Shown here piece after piece: positions 12,388 through 24,519 of a stretch of 64,000 nucleotides of DNA; the first letter of the stretch is position 1; each line of letters opens with the position of its first letter. The position numbers were made by a program, and so were the translations under genes. Origin of the DNA: Selaginella moellendorffii (Eukaryota; Plantae; Lycopodiophyta); the NCBI RefSeq assembly GCF_000143415.4, contig NW_003314299.1:352314-416313 (forward strand), written 5' to 3'. Below the pieces are notes generated by a model that worked only from the letters and a program-made list of their open reading frames with translations, was not told the DNA's origin and did no database searches.

Positions 12388-15300
12388 GTGAATGACTATA
12401 AGGTGGTGGAGGATTGGTTTTATAATATGGAGAACTATTTCCGAGTGTTGTGGTTACCAAGCTCAGAGAAGGTCCCATGTGCAAAACCATACTTGGCAGA
12501 AAACACTAAGTTTTGGTGGAGAATGATAGAGGCCAACGAAGGACTAATGGCCATTTGGGAAATGATGAAGGCGAGGATCCGTGTGACTTATATTCCCCCG
12601 AATGCTACTCTGCACCTAAGGGATGAGTTGAGTAGGCTGAAGCAAACCAGAACTATTCAAGAGTATATAAATGGGTTTATGGCAAAGAGGATACTAGTCA
12701 CAGATATGGGTGATATGGATGCGTTCCATGCCTTCATATCAGGCTTGCAAACCTGGGCTCGCGGTGAGGTGATGTGTTGGAACCCAACCAACTACAAGCT
12801 ATAGCTACAGCTACCAACTACAGCTATTAAGGTGCATTTCCATGATAACCTGCGAAAGGGGAACACAACGGGGTCGAAGTCCACGTTTAGCAAAAGGGCC
12901 AAACCAAGGGGAACATATAGCAAAAGGAAATTCAAGAAGAGTTTCTCTAAGAATGAGTCAGGATTCCGGAGAGGCAAATTCAATAGCTAGCGAGTGAGTA
13001 TATGTAGGAGTCAAGTAAAAAGAGACAAACCTACAGATAAGAAGGGCAAGTCAGCTAGTAGCGTGGGAAACAACATATGCTACAACTGTGGTGAAATGGG
13101 ACACTTTTCAAAGGAATATCCCTACCCAAAAAAGGCCAGAGCCAATATGGCCATTAAGTCGGGTAAAATCCAAATTGATGTACGTGTTCCAGTCCCTAAC
13201 TCAAAGTTACTCATTACACAAGCAACTTTGGTAGACAGTCGTTCATGACATCTACTAACCCTCTAAGGGAAGCTTGGAGGTAGCTTTGTTAAGATCCTTA
13301 TTGACACAGGTGCTTCGGATAATTTTGTGGTTGTAGACATAGTTCGGCAAGCCAGACTAACGGTGTAGCGACTGGGTGAACTAAGGATTATAGAGTTTGT
13401 TCAAGGTAGCCAAAGCACCGATGAGGTACTTCGACAAGCGAGAGTTAAAGTGGGGACATGGAAAGTAGACATGGATTTCACCGTGTTGGACATGGCAGGA
13501 TTTGATGTAATCTTCAGCATGGATTGGTTCAATTGGTTCGTGGTAGCCCTGCATGGACAAAGTAGGAACTTTATGGTACTAGCAAATGCCAAGGAGAAAG
13601 ATCCAGGGTGGAGGCCCAGGATCTAAAGGTAGGGCAATGCAAGGCCAAAGATTCCTACCTAAACTTGGTGTCCACAAGAGGACAACTCATTAAAGGAACT
13701 AAAACAGCATTTTTGTGCTTACCCTCAGTGAGGAGTGACAAAAGATCGGGAACAAAAGAAGTACCTTTAGTGATCCAGCGAGTGTTGGACCAATTCCAGG
13801 ATATCATGTCGGAGGAGCTACCAGCGGGGTTGCCCCCTACACGACCGATAGAACACAAGATTGAGCTGGTCGAGGGTGCTAAGGCTGTGGTTCGTCCCCC
13901 CTATCATTTAAACGAAAAGGAACTCGAGGAGCTCAAGCACCAACTAGAGGAGTTGGTGGACAAAGGGTATGTTAGGTTAAGCAAGTCGCCGTATGGGGCG
14001 TCGGTGTTATTTGTGGAAAAGAAAGATGGATCTATGCGCATGTGCATAGACTACCGGTTGCTCAACAAGTATACAAAGAAGAACAAGTACCCTTTGCCAA
14101 GGATTAAGGACCTGTTCGATAAGTTGGGAAAGGCAAAATACTTCTTGAAGATCGACCTAAGGTCAGGATACTACCAGATTAGGGTAGTAGAGGAAGATGT
14201 CGAGAAGACAATCTGTCGAACAAGGTATGGAAACTTCGAGTTTCTAGTGATGCCCTTCGGGCTATGTAGTGCACCGGCAACATTTTCAGCGTTGATAAAC
14301 CATATCTTTGTATCCTATATGGATCATTTCGTGGTTGTCTATATTGACGACATTTTGATCTATAGCAAGACACTAGAAAAGCATGCCAAACACTTGACGA
14401 AGGTGTTTGAGAAGTTAAGGGAACACTAGCTGTATGCTAAAGAGAGCAAATGTAACTTGATATTACCAAATTTTGGTAAGGACTTTGAGGTAGAAACGGA
14501 TGCTTCGGACTTTGTGTTGGGCACAATGTTGAAGCAGGACAACCATCCAGTAGCGTTCTTCTTGAAAAAGTTGGATAAAGCTCAGCGAAAGTGGCCTACC
14601 CATGAGAAGGAATTGTTTGCGGTGGTCAATGCGCTCAGTGGAGACACTACCATGGGAGACACTTCAAGGTTTATATGGATGGCAATGAAACACTTCTTAT
14701 CACAACCCGACCTGAGGGGGAAACAGAGTCGGTGGGCCAATGCTTTGGTCGAGTTTGATTGCAAGATTCTGTACAAGCCTGGGAAGAGCAACATCGTGGC
14801 AGATGTTCTAAGTCGAAAAGTGAGCTTGAAGTTGGCGATATCCAGCACAATGACAACCTTTTGGGATGATGTACGGACAGCATATGAGAACGATGGTCTA
14901 GCACAAGAAGTGTTGCTAAGGAATCTAGAGGCGCAAGAAGCTCACCAGAGAGGTGAGCTGCCAATGGAAGAGAAAACGGGTTATGTGGTATGCAATGGAC
15001 TCATCTATTACAAACAAACAAAGGTGTATATTCCAGAAGGGGAACTAAGGAAAGTAGCTTTAAAAGAGTGTCATAATGAACCTCTTGCGGGACACGGCAG
15101 AGTGCCCAAAATGATGGGCTTACTCAAGAGGAAGTATCACTAGCCAGATATGGCTAAAAACATCCAAGACTATGTAAAGACATGTCCAATATGTCAGCAG
15201 GTCAAAGCCGTGATTAAGGTTAGTGGGCACTTGTTACAAAGCATCCCAATTCCAGATTGTCCATAGGAATGTTTTATGATGGACTTCATCACGGGACTCC

Positions 15301-16430
15301 CCCTAAGTGGGGTTTGATGCGATATTCGTGGTGGTGGACTGATTTTTGAAGATGGTACATTTCATACCCACCATAATGGAAGTGGATGCAGAAGGTGTGG
15401 CGAAGCTGTCCTTCGAACAAGTGGTTCAAGTGTAAGAAAGGCTGGAAGAGATCATCTTAGATTGAGATAAGATCTTCACTAGTAGGTTCTGGACAACTCT
15501 CCTGGAACAATATCGCACCAAGTTGAAATTTAGCACAGCCTATCACCCACAGACAGATATGGGGTATTAAGTCAAGTTTGATGGCACTAACACTTCTTGA
15601 CTGACAGACAAACGGAAAGGGTGAATAGGCAGCTGAAGGATTATTTGCGATGCTATATCTCGGGAGACCAGGCCAATTGGGTAAGTCATTTGGGACTTGC
15701 AGAAATGTGTTACAACAACTCACCACATTCTAGTATCGGGGTGAGTCCATGGGAAGTTATCAATAGGCGAGCTATTGAAGGTCCTGTGGAACTTGGCGTG
15801 GCCGAGTACCATGGAGAGTTACCCGCAATGGAGGCATTCACGGCGGAAAGACTCAACATTTGGAATCTAGTAGGGGATTCCTTGGAACAGGCTCAACAAA
15901 GGCAGACCAAGTACGTGAACCAGAAGCGCTGGGATGTAGAATTCCAAGTTAGGGAGAAGGTGTGGCTGAACACCAAGAACCTTAGGCTACCAAGTGGGAT
16001 CAGCCGAAAGTTGACCCAAAAGTAAAAATGCATGTATTCCTGGAAATGAATTGATCTTGAGTTCCTTAAGCAGGTTCACGGGGCCTTACAAGATTAAGGC
16101 ACAAATCAGTAAAGTGGCTTACCGTTTCCGACTTCCTCAAGAGATGGGGAAAATGCACCCAGTGTTCCATGTGAACCTACTCAAACCGTGCTTTGAGGAT
16201 CCGCTTCACAAGAACCAAATGAGACCTTTACTTGAGGTTATCCAAGGGGAAGAGGAATACGAAGTGAAGGTCATCCTCAATGCGTGCAAGAGCAAGTGAT
16301 AAGGACACAAGGTGAGAAAGTTCTATGTGAAGTGGAAAGGATTTCCACACTGCGAAGTAATATGGGAACCGGAGCAGAACTTAGCAAACGCGCGAGATCT
16401 AGTGGAGGAATTTTTGCAAGGCAGAACTCT
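12388..16430 (+). pseudogene. gypsy gag-pol (gag, PR, RT, RH, INT, chromodomain) with stops, frameshifts and an RT/RH deletion near 14455
   Basis: ORF fragments 12388-12804, 12994-13248, 13608-14429, 14457-15143, 15597-16025, 16051-16299. Confidence 0.9.
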
Positions 16431-17267
16431 ATGTACTTATGCAAAGTTCAATTAAAAGCATCCATTTGTGGAGTTGAGCAATGGCATATGTTAGGACCCG
16501 AAGGTAAGCTAATTAGCATGGGTTAACTAGGTCGACCAGGCGTAAAGAACTACGCCTGACTCCCCACAAAGATGTCAAATCCATAGACGTATTTTACAGA
16601 GGTTGGGTTCGAGTCCCAACCCCCTAGTAAAGCAAGGTTGGGTTCAAGTCCCAACCCCATACTAGGGCATGGTGGGGTGAGGAGTATAGGGACACCTATA
16701 TTCTATTGTCATGGGCTTTTGGCCAGGGAGGCTAACTTAGGCACACCACTAAGTGAGGGGATGCCCCCAGAGACGTAGTCAACAAGTCGTAGGATTAAAA
16801 AGAAAGACATTCGATATGGGCATCGAACTTCTTTTATGGGTGGTGGAGTTGTAAGGAACCAACTCCCCGAGGTGTCAAAGGCTAAAAGATCCCCAAAATC
16901 ATGACCGAAATGATAAAGAGTTCATCGGATGGGACCGAGTCTAAGATCGAGTCCAAAACCAACTCTGAGAATGAGTTCGAGATGGAGTCCGGGATCGAGT
17001 CCGAGGCCGACTCAGAGACCAAGTTTGAGACCAAGTTCAAGACAGAGTCCAAGATCTAAAATCGGGTCCAAGACCGAGTCCGAAATTGAGTCCGAAGTCG
17101 AGTCCGAGATCGGGTCCGAGATCAAATCCGAGATCGAGTCCGAGACCAAGTCCAAAGTTGGGTCTGAGATCGAGTCCGAGACCAAGTCTAAGTACTAATA
17201 TAGGTCAAGGGGTGAAAGCCCAAAGCGTGCGTCTCCCAGGGAGGGAGGGGGGGGGGGGGGGGGGGGG

Positions 17268-17367
17268 NNNNNNNNNNNNNNNNNNNNNNNNNNNNNNNNN
17301 NNNNNNNNNNNNNNNNNNNNNNNNNNNNNNNNNNNNNNNNNNNNNNNNNNNNNNNNNNNNNNNNNNN
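17268..17367. other. Assembly gap (100 N) after a poly-G run
   Basis: N run. Confidence 1.
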
Positions 17368-17526
17368 CTGCTTCATGGGCGTATGAATTGACGGGTCTAA
17401 CGTATATCGGAGCAAAGGCTTGCAGTATCGCATGGGGCCCCATGCCATCCCAGTGAATATGTTGGCCGTTAGATTGTAAGGTTATCACGTGAGGCCTCAT
17501 GCCATTCCGACGAGGCTGGTCGCCCG

Positions 17527-18826
17527 GTGAATGCACAGCCTCATCCAAACGAAGCAGAATCTCAAGGAAGTTCTTGCGGCCGATGTGGCCTTCCACCCCA
17601 TCTTCTGCTCCAAACAGACAATGCTGGCAGTGAGAACAAAAACATGTACGTCTTCGCGTACTTGGCGATGCTTGTTGCCAAAGGCATATTTGAAACGGTT
17701 ACACTTGGCTTTCTCATGGTTGGGCACACTCATGAAGACGTCGATGCCATGTTCAGTCACCTGGCAGAGTTCCTCCGGCGATCTAATGTCCTCACCCTCC
17801 CACAACTCTACGATGAATTCCAAAATTGCATCAAAGGCACTGTTGAAGCTGCACTTCTGACAGAGGTTCCAGACTTTAAGGGGTTTGTAAGAGGCTACAT
17901 CAGGGACATATCCGAAACGCTGATTGGCCACTCCAAGCCTCTTCAGTTTCATTTCAGCATGTGTGACGGTGCTCTAGTGATGAGATACAAGATGAGAGAA
18001 TGGGACACAGTGTGGCTGCCAGTGGACAGCATTGAACTCTTCAAGAGAGATCCCATAACTGGGGAACCTATGATTCCTCAGGGTTCCCCACGGCCGATGC
18101 ACCCGGATGGACTCAAAGACCAGGAAAGTATAATGGCCGGGATTAGACAGCATATTGCCTTCTGGAAGAGGGGGTTGGTGTTTGGTGGAGAATCTTATTT
18201 TCAGAGGTGCAAGCCTTTGCTCGAATACTGGGAGAAGATTATATCTGCTATCCAAAATGGGCCGGTTGTATATGAAGAATTGGAAGAGTCCTTTTGGCCA
18301 GAACCCAGAGCACCAGATAGTAGCGGAACAATGTCCTCTGGAAATGCAATGACAGATAACGATGTTGAGGATCACTATTGTGGGCCGAGGAACAAGAAGC
18401 CGGATTCAGCATTCAATCCAGTACAGGTTTGCAAAGGAATGGTCGTGCTTGTCAGACCCAGTAATAAAAAACAAATGATATGGGTGGGGCGCTGCATCAC
18501 TGATGCAGAGGAGGACGCGGAAACTAACTCCTTCAATGTAACTGTGGAGTGGTTCAAGCCAAGTTCCGGATATACGAAGGATTGCCTAGAAAAGAGATGG
18601 GTGCTGAATCCAAGGGATCCCAGCATGAGCATATCGGTGGATAATGTTGTGCATGGTTGGATGCGGAAGCAGAGTGCCACCATCACCTTGCCAGACCATG
18701 CAAGAGATGCAGCAAGAGCATTCATAACCCGGGTTCAAGGTGAGATTCATTAATATTCCTTTACTAAGTTTCTAATGTATTTTATTTCAAGGTGAACAAT
18801 CCGAATCTGAATCAGAGGAGGCGTGA
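17527..18826 (+). CDS. C-terminal part of a Sola/DUF7869-type DDE transposase with a beta-rich (BAH/Tudor-like) C-terminal domain
   Basis: 408-aa open frame with LLQTDNAGSENKN..FLMVGHTHEDVDAMFS. Probable 52-bp intron 18740-18791 gives a last exon GEQSESESEEA*. The 5' part is missing in or near the gap. Confidence 0.75.
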
Positions 18827-19299
18827 TGGCATGTGGCCTTACGCCATTCCTAGGTGAGATGATACAAATAACAAGTATAAATTCTTAGTTGTTCTAGCAA
18901 ATCTTACTTAAAAGTTCAAGGTGAACAAGCCGAATATGAATTCATCGGATTGTTATAACAAATTGCGAGGTGATGGCATGAGGCGATACGCCATTTGAGA
19001 GTGGTAGCCATTCCTATATGAGGTGAGTGAAATATTTATTAGAAATACCTCATTCAATTGTGCACTTCTAAGTCTTGGTCCACTCAATACTGTTTGCATG
19101 TTTCTATTTTGATGTGACATATGCATTTACCAATCACACGTGCATAATTCTAATAATATGGCGTGTGGCCCATATTAATGGCACATAAACCCATATTGTG
19201 GGCTTACGTGCTTTATGTACCATCATTCCCTTGCAGCGTATGTGTTGGTTTCCTTTTATAACACAACGAACTCCATATTTTAGGGTGAAGAGCGTTCTC

Positions 19300-19557
19300 A
19301 TGGCAAGCACAAAATCTGTAAGTGAGGCAGAAAAGGAGACGGAGAAGGAGATAGGTGAAGATGTAGAATATATAAGTCTTCCAAACTCCCCGTACTATAC
19401 TCCAGGTGATCATTTTTCTGAATAAACGGCAACATTAACAACTATCGAGAACACCCCAGTAACGTCAGAGACAACAATCCAAAGCAAAACAACTGACCTG
19501 GAGAAGGATGATAGTACCGCTGAGAGTACCAAAAAGGAGGTGTCCACTAGCGCTTAG
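19300..19557 (+). pseudogene. Small acidic/Thr-rich ORF remnant with one internal stop; homologous to 50363-50608
   Basis: EDVEYISLPNSPYYTP..TPVTSETTIQSK..ESTKK aligns by eye with ENINYISLLQSLYYTL..APITYEITVHSK..KSTKK. Confidence 0.5.
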
Positions 19558-20769
19558 GCTTATAATGGCGTGTGCCCTCATGCCATTTACTTGATCACCA
19601 AATACCTTTTTCCCTTTGCACTAGTATATCTTAATACCGGTCTGAGAAATAGAATGGCATGTGCCCTCAGGCCTTTTACTAAATCACCTTTGAAAGAAAT
19701 GCAAGCCTCTATGTCGTAAAAAAAAGGTACTAGAGAAATTCCTTAATAATATGAATGTTATTTAGTTTCATGAAAATACACTAAGGGTCAAATGAGTTAA
19801 ATGACTTCTCTAGACTAGCAATGCCTCTTGCTACACCTTCACAATTAGATTCGTTAGAAAAAGATAACATTGAATAATATCTAAATGTTCTCACCATTAA
19901 GTTATATGTCTGGCTAATAGGAATGACGTTCATCTTGGAAAGCTCACCACACGCTCAATGAACAAACAAATAGTGTGTGCGCGCATGCCATCGCTCTTCT
20001 TTAGCTTCAGATTCGGCTTGTTCACCTTGACAATGAGATTTATTATACAACCAGATGGACACAGTCTGGACATAAAGTCACCGCGCTAGTCACCATGCCC
20101 CAGATATGTCTAGCCCCTGGACAAAAAACATATAATTTCACGTCATTTTCAAATACTTGAAAATTTGTACCTAGTCCCATTTTACTGAATAAATCCCACT
20201 TTAACGAAATAGAGCTTAATTGACTATGGTGCTCCCGGCTCATGTAAAGTGGTACCCCACTTGAGTACCTTGCGGCTCATTGATCCTTGCCCTTCTTAGG
20301 GGCTTGGACCTTCCCTTCGGGATGGAAGGGGGGGGGGGGTGTGGTAGAGGTACCCATACCAAGCTGTTAGACTATGGTGTTTCGCTCTGGCATCCCGAAG
20401 CATGTGTTGCACCCAAGACTTGGGATTTAGAGGGTCCCATGATCAAGTGGTACCAAGGGATGTTAGGAACTTGGAGGCTTGGTGTGTTTGGCTGCTTGTG
20501 CCTGCGGGGAGTGTAATTGAACCTTAAGTCCAGTCCAATTTAACCCAGGGAGGGGGATTGGGAGAGATTTGGGAATCCATGGATGGATGGCTAACGCTCC
20601 GTTGCTCGTGCAGTGAGTAGCTGAAATTAAGTAGGACTAAGTAGGAGCTGGTACCATAGGCGGGAACCTTGGCGAGAGAACTTAGCTAAAGCTAAGGCAG
20701 TGTTGGTTAGATAAACGAAGTAAGCTGGCAAATTGGAAAGGAAAAATTTGTGGTTTATTGTAGTGCACA

Positions 20770-23700
20770 TAAATTTGGAGCCGAACTCCAAGCCCGTTGC
20801 GCTACGAAACGAGGGTCTAGTACATTCCCATAAGCACCAGCTCCCTATATCCAACACCTGCATGCAAAATGGTGTCAAACAGAGTCTGGCACAGTTTTGG
20901 CATACAAGTGGCTGGAGGGTACCCCACTAAGTATAGCACTGTGGAGCTTGGGCTTAGAACCAAGCCAGATGCAGAACAAGGAGCGACATAGCCCAACAGG
21001 AGCCAAACTAATGTCTCAGGTGGTCGAACATGCATTCCAACTACTATCCCTACTATACATTTGAAAAACACATAGGGTTCCTACCTTATATTATCCGATT
21101 TAAGTACACGGTCATTGACCAGCTTCTCAACTAGCTCAAGTGGGAACAATAAAGGGAATCAATTGTACCGACCTTCTGCCATCATGGCAGTAAAGAAAGA
21201 GTGTCCGTAAGGACTGGCTGACAAGTATCTTTCGATACCTGAAGTCACATTCGCGACACTCTCTCCCCCTTGGGGAAGATCGACATCCTCGTCAATGCAT
21301 ACCCGAGTCTAGCAAACCGTCAAGGAAACAACTCCGAAAGTTAATGAAAAGCACACTATGTGGGAAATGCACTGACTTAAATGAGTTATGGAACGACCTC
21401 TCCTCTACGTCCAAAGACATTAGGACTCAAACACCCTCCAGCCATCACTGACAAGGAAATGACCAATAGAGTTTGCCACCCTTGCTGCTCCGAGTACCAC
21501 TCGGCTTACAAAGGAATGATACATCCCTGCCCGCAGGGACATAGGGAGAAGGCCAGAGGCCCAACTTCCCCTGAGCAAGAAATCAACCCCATCGGGAAGA
21601 TTTAGACAACTATTATAAATTGGCAGATTAAGTTGTTTACACAACCACGCCTCTTTGCGAAAAAATGAGTCATCGAGAGAACTTGTGATTAGTCTATAAT
21701 AGTTATCCCCATGGTTATGGATTGAACTCATGCATGGAAGTGTTGAAGTCAACTTGCCAATACTGACCCAAGTACTAATGAACGAAAGGAACGATACTTT
21801 GATTTATAGAAATATATTACTTTATTAATTTGCAAAATTTATTACAAAGTTTACAAAAGCTAGTCTTTATTACTATTCTCATACTCCATGACAAGCTCAC
21901 GAACATGTTTAAGATTCTTAAAAGGTTCCCAAGTTTATTCACAAGTTATGTAACCTTTCCACTTAACTAGATATTCCTTGGAATGACCACCACGAGCTTT
22001 GCGAGACAAGAGAATTGTCTCGACCTCATACTCCATGTCACCATTGACAACTTCCGGAAGGGGACAAATGTCCACAGAGCAATCCTCATCAACACGATAT
22101 GGTGCCAGTAAACTGACATAAAACACATCATGGACATGGGACAACTCATCTGGAAGATCCAACTTATAAGATACATCACCAATTCGCTTCACCACCCGAA
22201 AGGGTCCAACATATCTCGGCAACAGCTTCCGAGATAACCATCCCTTAATGTTCAAGTTCCGGGAAAATAGCTATACCTAATTCCCACTTGATAGAATACA
22301 TCCCGATGATGCTAATCCTTATCATGTCAATACCTATCCTAAGCTTTGCCCATCGCCTCAATAGCCCTAGACCAACCTTGGCGTAGCTGCTCTGCATAAG
22401 TCTCAACAACTAGGACCAACACTTTGGACATTGGTTTCGGTACAATAATCTGTTGAGGAACCCCATGAGCATTCCCTTGCAGCATCTTCTATGGAGAACA
22501 GCCTATAGCAATGTGAAATGTGTTGTTATAACAAATTTTTGCTGTGTCTAAATGCTCAACCCAATCACGTTGGACTGCCGCGACATAATACCACAGATAA
22601 TCCTCAACTTGAGCATTCATGCATTTGATCTGCCCATCAGTTTGAGGATGATAAGCCGTACTAAACTTCAACTTGGTACCAAACAATTGGAACAATGTGC
22701 CCCAAAACGTCCCCGTAAACCTCGAATCTCTATCCGAGATCATCTCTTCAGAAAGACCACAAACCCGCACTACTTCATGGAAAAAGAGCTTTGCTGCTTG
22801 TTTTGCATTTACTGTTCCCACAGTTGGAATGAAGTGTGCAATCTTTGATAACTGATCCACAACCACCATCAAAGTATCATAACCCTTAGACTTCGGCAAG
22901 CAAGTGACAAAATCAAGTGTCACATTCTGAAATGGCTATGTCGGTGCTGGAATCCACTGCAACTTCCTAGCCTGCTTCTCAGTTCTATGCTTACATTGCT
23001 GGCATATAAGGCATGAACGGACATAGTCTGCTACATCACCTTCCATACCAAACCAGAAAAATCCCTTTTTCAACGAAGCTAGAGTCTTTCGTTGTTCACC
23101 ATGTCCCGCTACTGGAACATCTTGATATTCCCTCAAAAATAACTGTTGCAAATCCTTAGAGGGAAGATACAATCTTTCTTGCTTATAGAATATAAGCCCA
23201 TCCTAAATTGAGAAGTGAAGCTTTGCATTGGTGCGGTTAGCAACTTTCACTGCTTCGCTACCAGGGTTCTGTTTCAACAACCCTGCACGGCATAAGATTG
23301 CCTTCGCCAATGGATCACTTCCATACGAAGCCCTAACATCCTCCAACCAGTCCGAACTGATTGCCAATATTGCCCGGAACTGAGTTTGACGACTCAATGC
23401 ATCTAGGACAATATTGTCTTTACTAGGTCTATATATGATTTCAATATCATATCTAGCAAGCTTCTCTTACCAACAAGCCTGCTTCGGCGTAAGCTTAGGC
23501 TGCGTAGCAAAGTAGCTTAGTGTGTTATTATCTATATAAACTTTGGTGTGTCCACCCAAGTAGTATCTCCAGTGTTCTAAGGCCAACACTATAGCAAACA
23601 TCTCTTTCTCATGCATTGGCCATCTTCGTTGAGTTTCATCCAATTTCTTGGAATAAAATACAACAGGATAACCATGTCGCCTTAGCGTAACACCAACCGC

Positions 23701-24515
23701 TTTGTCACAATCTTGCTGCAATATAGCACCAATAGCATAGCCAGATGCATCACAATACACTTCAAAGGGTTTATCAAAATCTAGGATCCTAAGAACAAGA
23801 ACCGAAGTCAAGATCTCCTTCAACCGTACAAAAGCACATTGGCAAGCTAGTGTCCAATGAAATGGTATATTACTCTTTATCAACTCAGTCAACAGAAGAG
23901 CAATTTTTGCAAAATTCCGGACAAACTTGCGATAGTATCCCACCAAACCGAGAAAGAAATGAATATTTGATACAGTGGTCGGAACTTCCCAGGATTTCAC
24001 TACTTCCACCTTCTTTGGATCAACCTCAATTACGCCACCACCAACTATATGTCCGAGAAAGTTTACACGCAATTGTCCAAAAGCACATTTACTTTGCTTA
24101 GCATATAATTTGTGTTTGCACAATTTCTGAAACACCAGCTCCAAGTGTTTCAAATGATCTTCCAATGTTTCACTGAAGATTAGAACATCGTTGATGTATA
24201 GGACAACAAATATGTCCAAATAATCTCCAAATATTTTATCCATCATAGTGCTGAACATTGCCAGAGCATTGCATAACCCGAATGGCATGACAAGGAACTC
24301 ATAAAATCCATACCAAGTTTTAAAGGCTGTTTTCTCCACGTCCTGATCCGCCACCCATATTTGATGATACCCAGACTGCAAATCAAGTTGCGTAAAATAC
24401 TTAGCCTTTAAGAGTTGGTCAAACAAGTCATCAATGCGAGGCAAAGGATAACTAGTCTTGACCGTGATCTTGTTGAGTGCCCAATAGTTGATACACATCC
24501 TCATGGTTCCATCCT
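20770..24515 (-). mobile_element. 5'-truncated Ty3/gypsy chromovirus (RT-RH-INT-chromodomain, 3' UTR, PPT, 3' LTR)
   Basis: ORFs 23467-24504 (RT/RH), 22936-23172, 22489-22923 (integrase), 21935-22255 (YVGPF, EYEVE..EYLVKWKGY); PPT at 21259-21270; LTR starts TGT at 21258 running leftward, left end approximate. Confidence 0.88.
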
Positions 24516-24519
24516 TATT

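Larger units (their letters stand above)
17368..20217 (+). mobile_element. Sola-like (DUF7869-type) DDE DNA transposon; left end hidden in the gap
   Basis: Transposase motifs below. Right end ...TCCCACTTTAACGAAATAGAGCTT is followed by AATT (20218-20221), where gypsy LTR homology resumes. An AWWT target site fits Sola1. Confidence 0.6.
11882..20757 (+). mobile_element. Ty3/gypsy chromovirus (family B), decayed; 5' LTR partly deleted; 3' LTR interrupted by the gap and a DNA transposon
   Basis: LTR start TGTAAGGAACCAACTCCCC at 11882 and again at 16850 after PPT GGGTGGTGGAGT. gag 12388-, CCHC knuckle CYNCGEMGHFSKE, LIDTG protease, RT YIDD, RNaseH ETDAS, integrase, chromodomain EEEYEVK (~16250). 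The LTR 3' half resumes at 20218-~20757, matching the reverse LTR 46927-47460. Confidence 0.85.
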
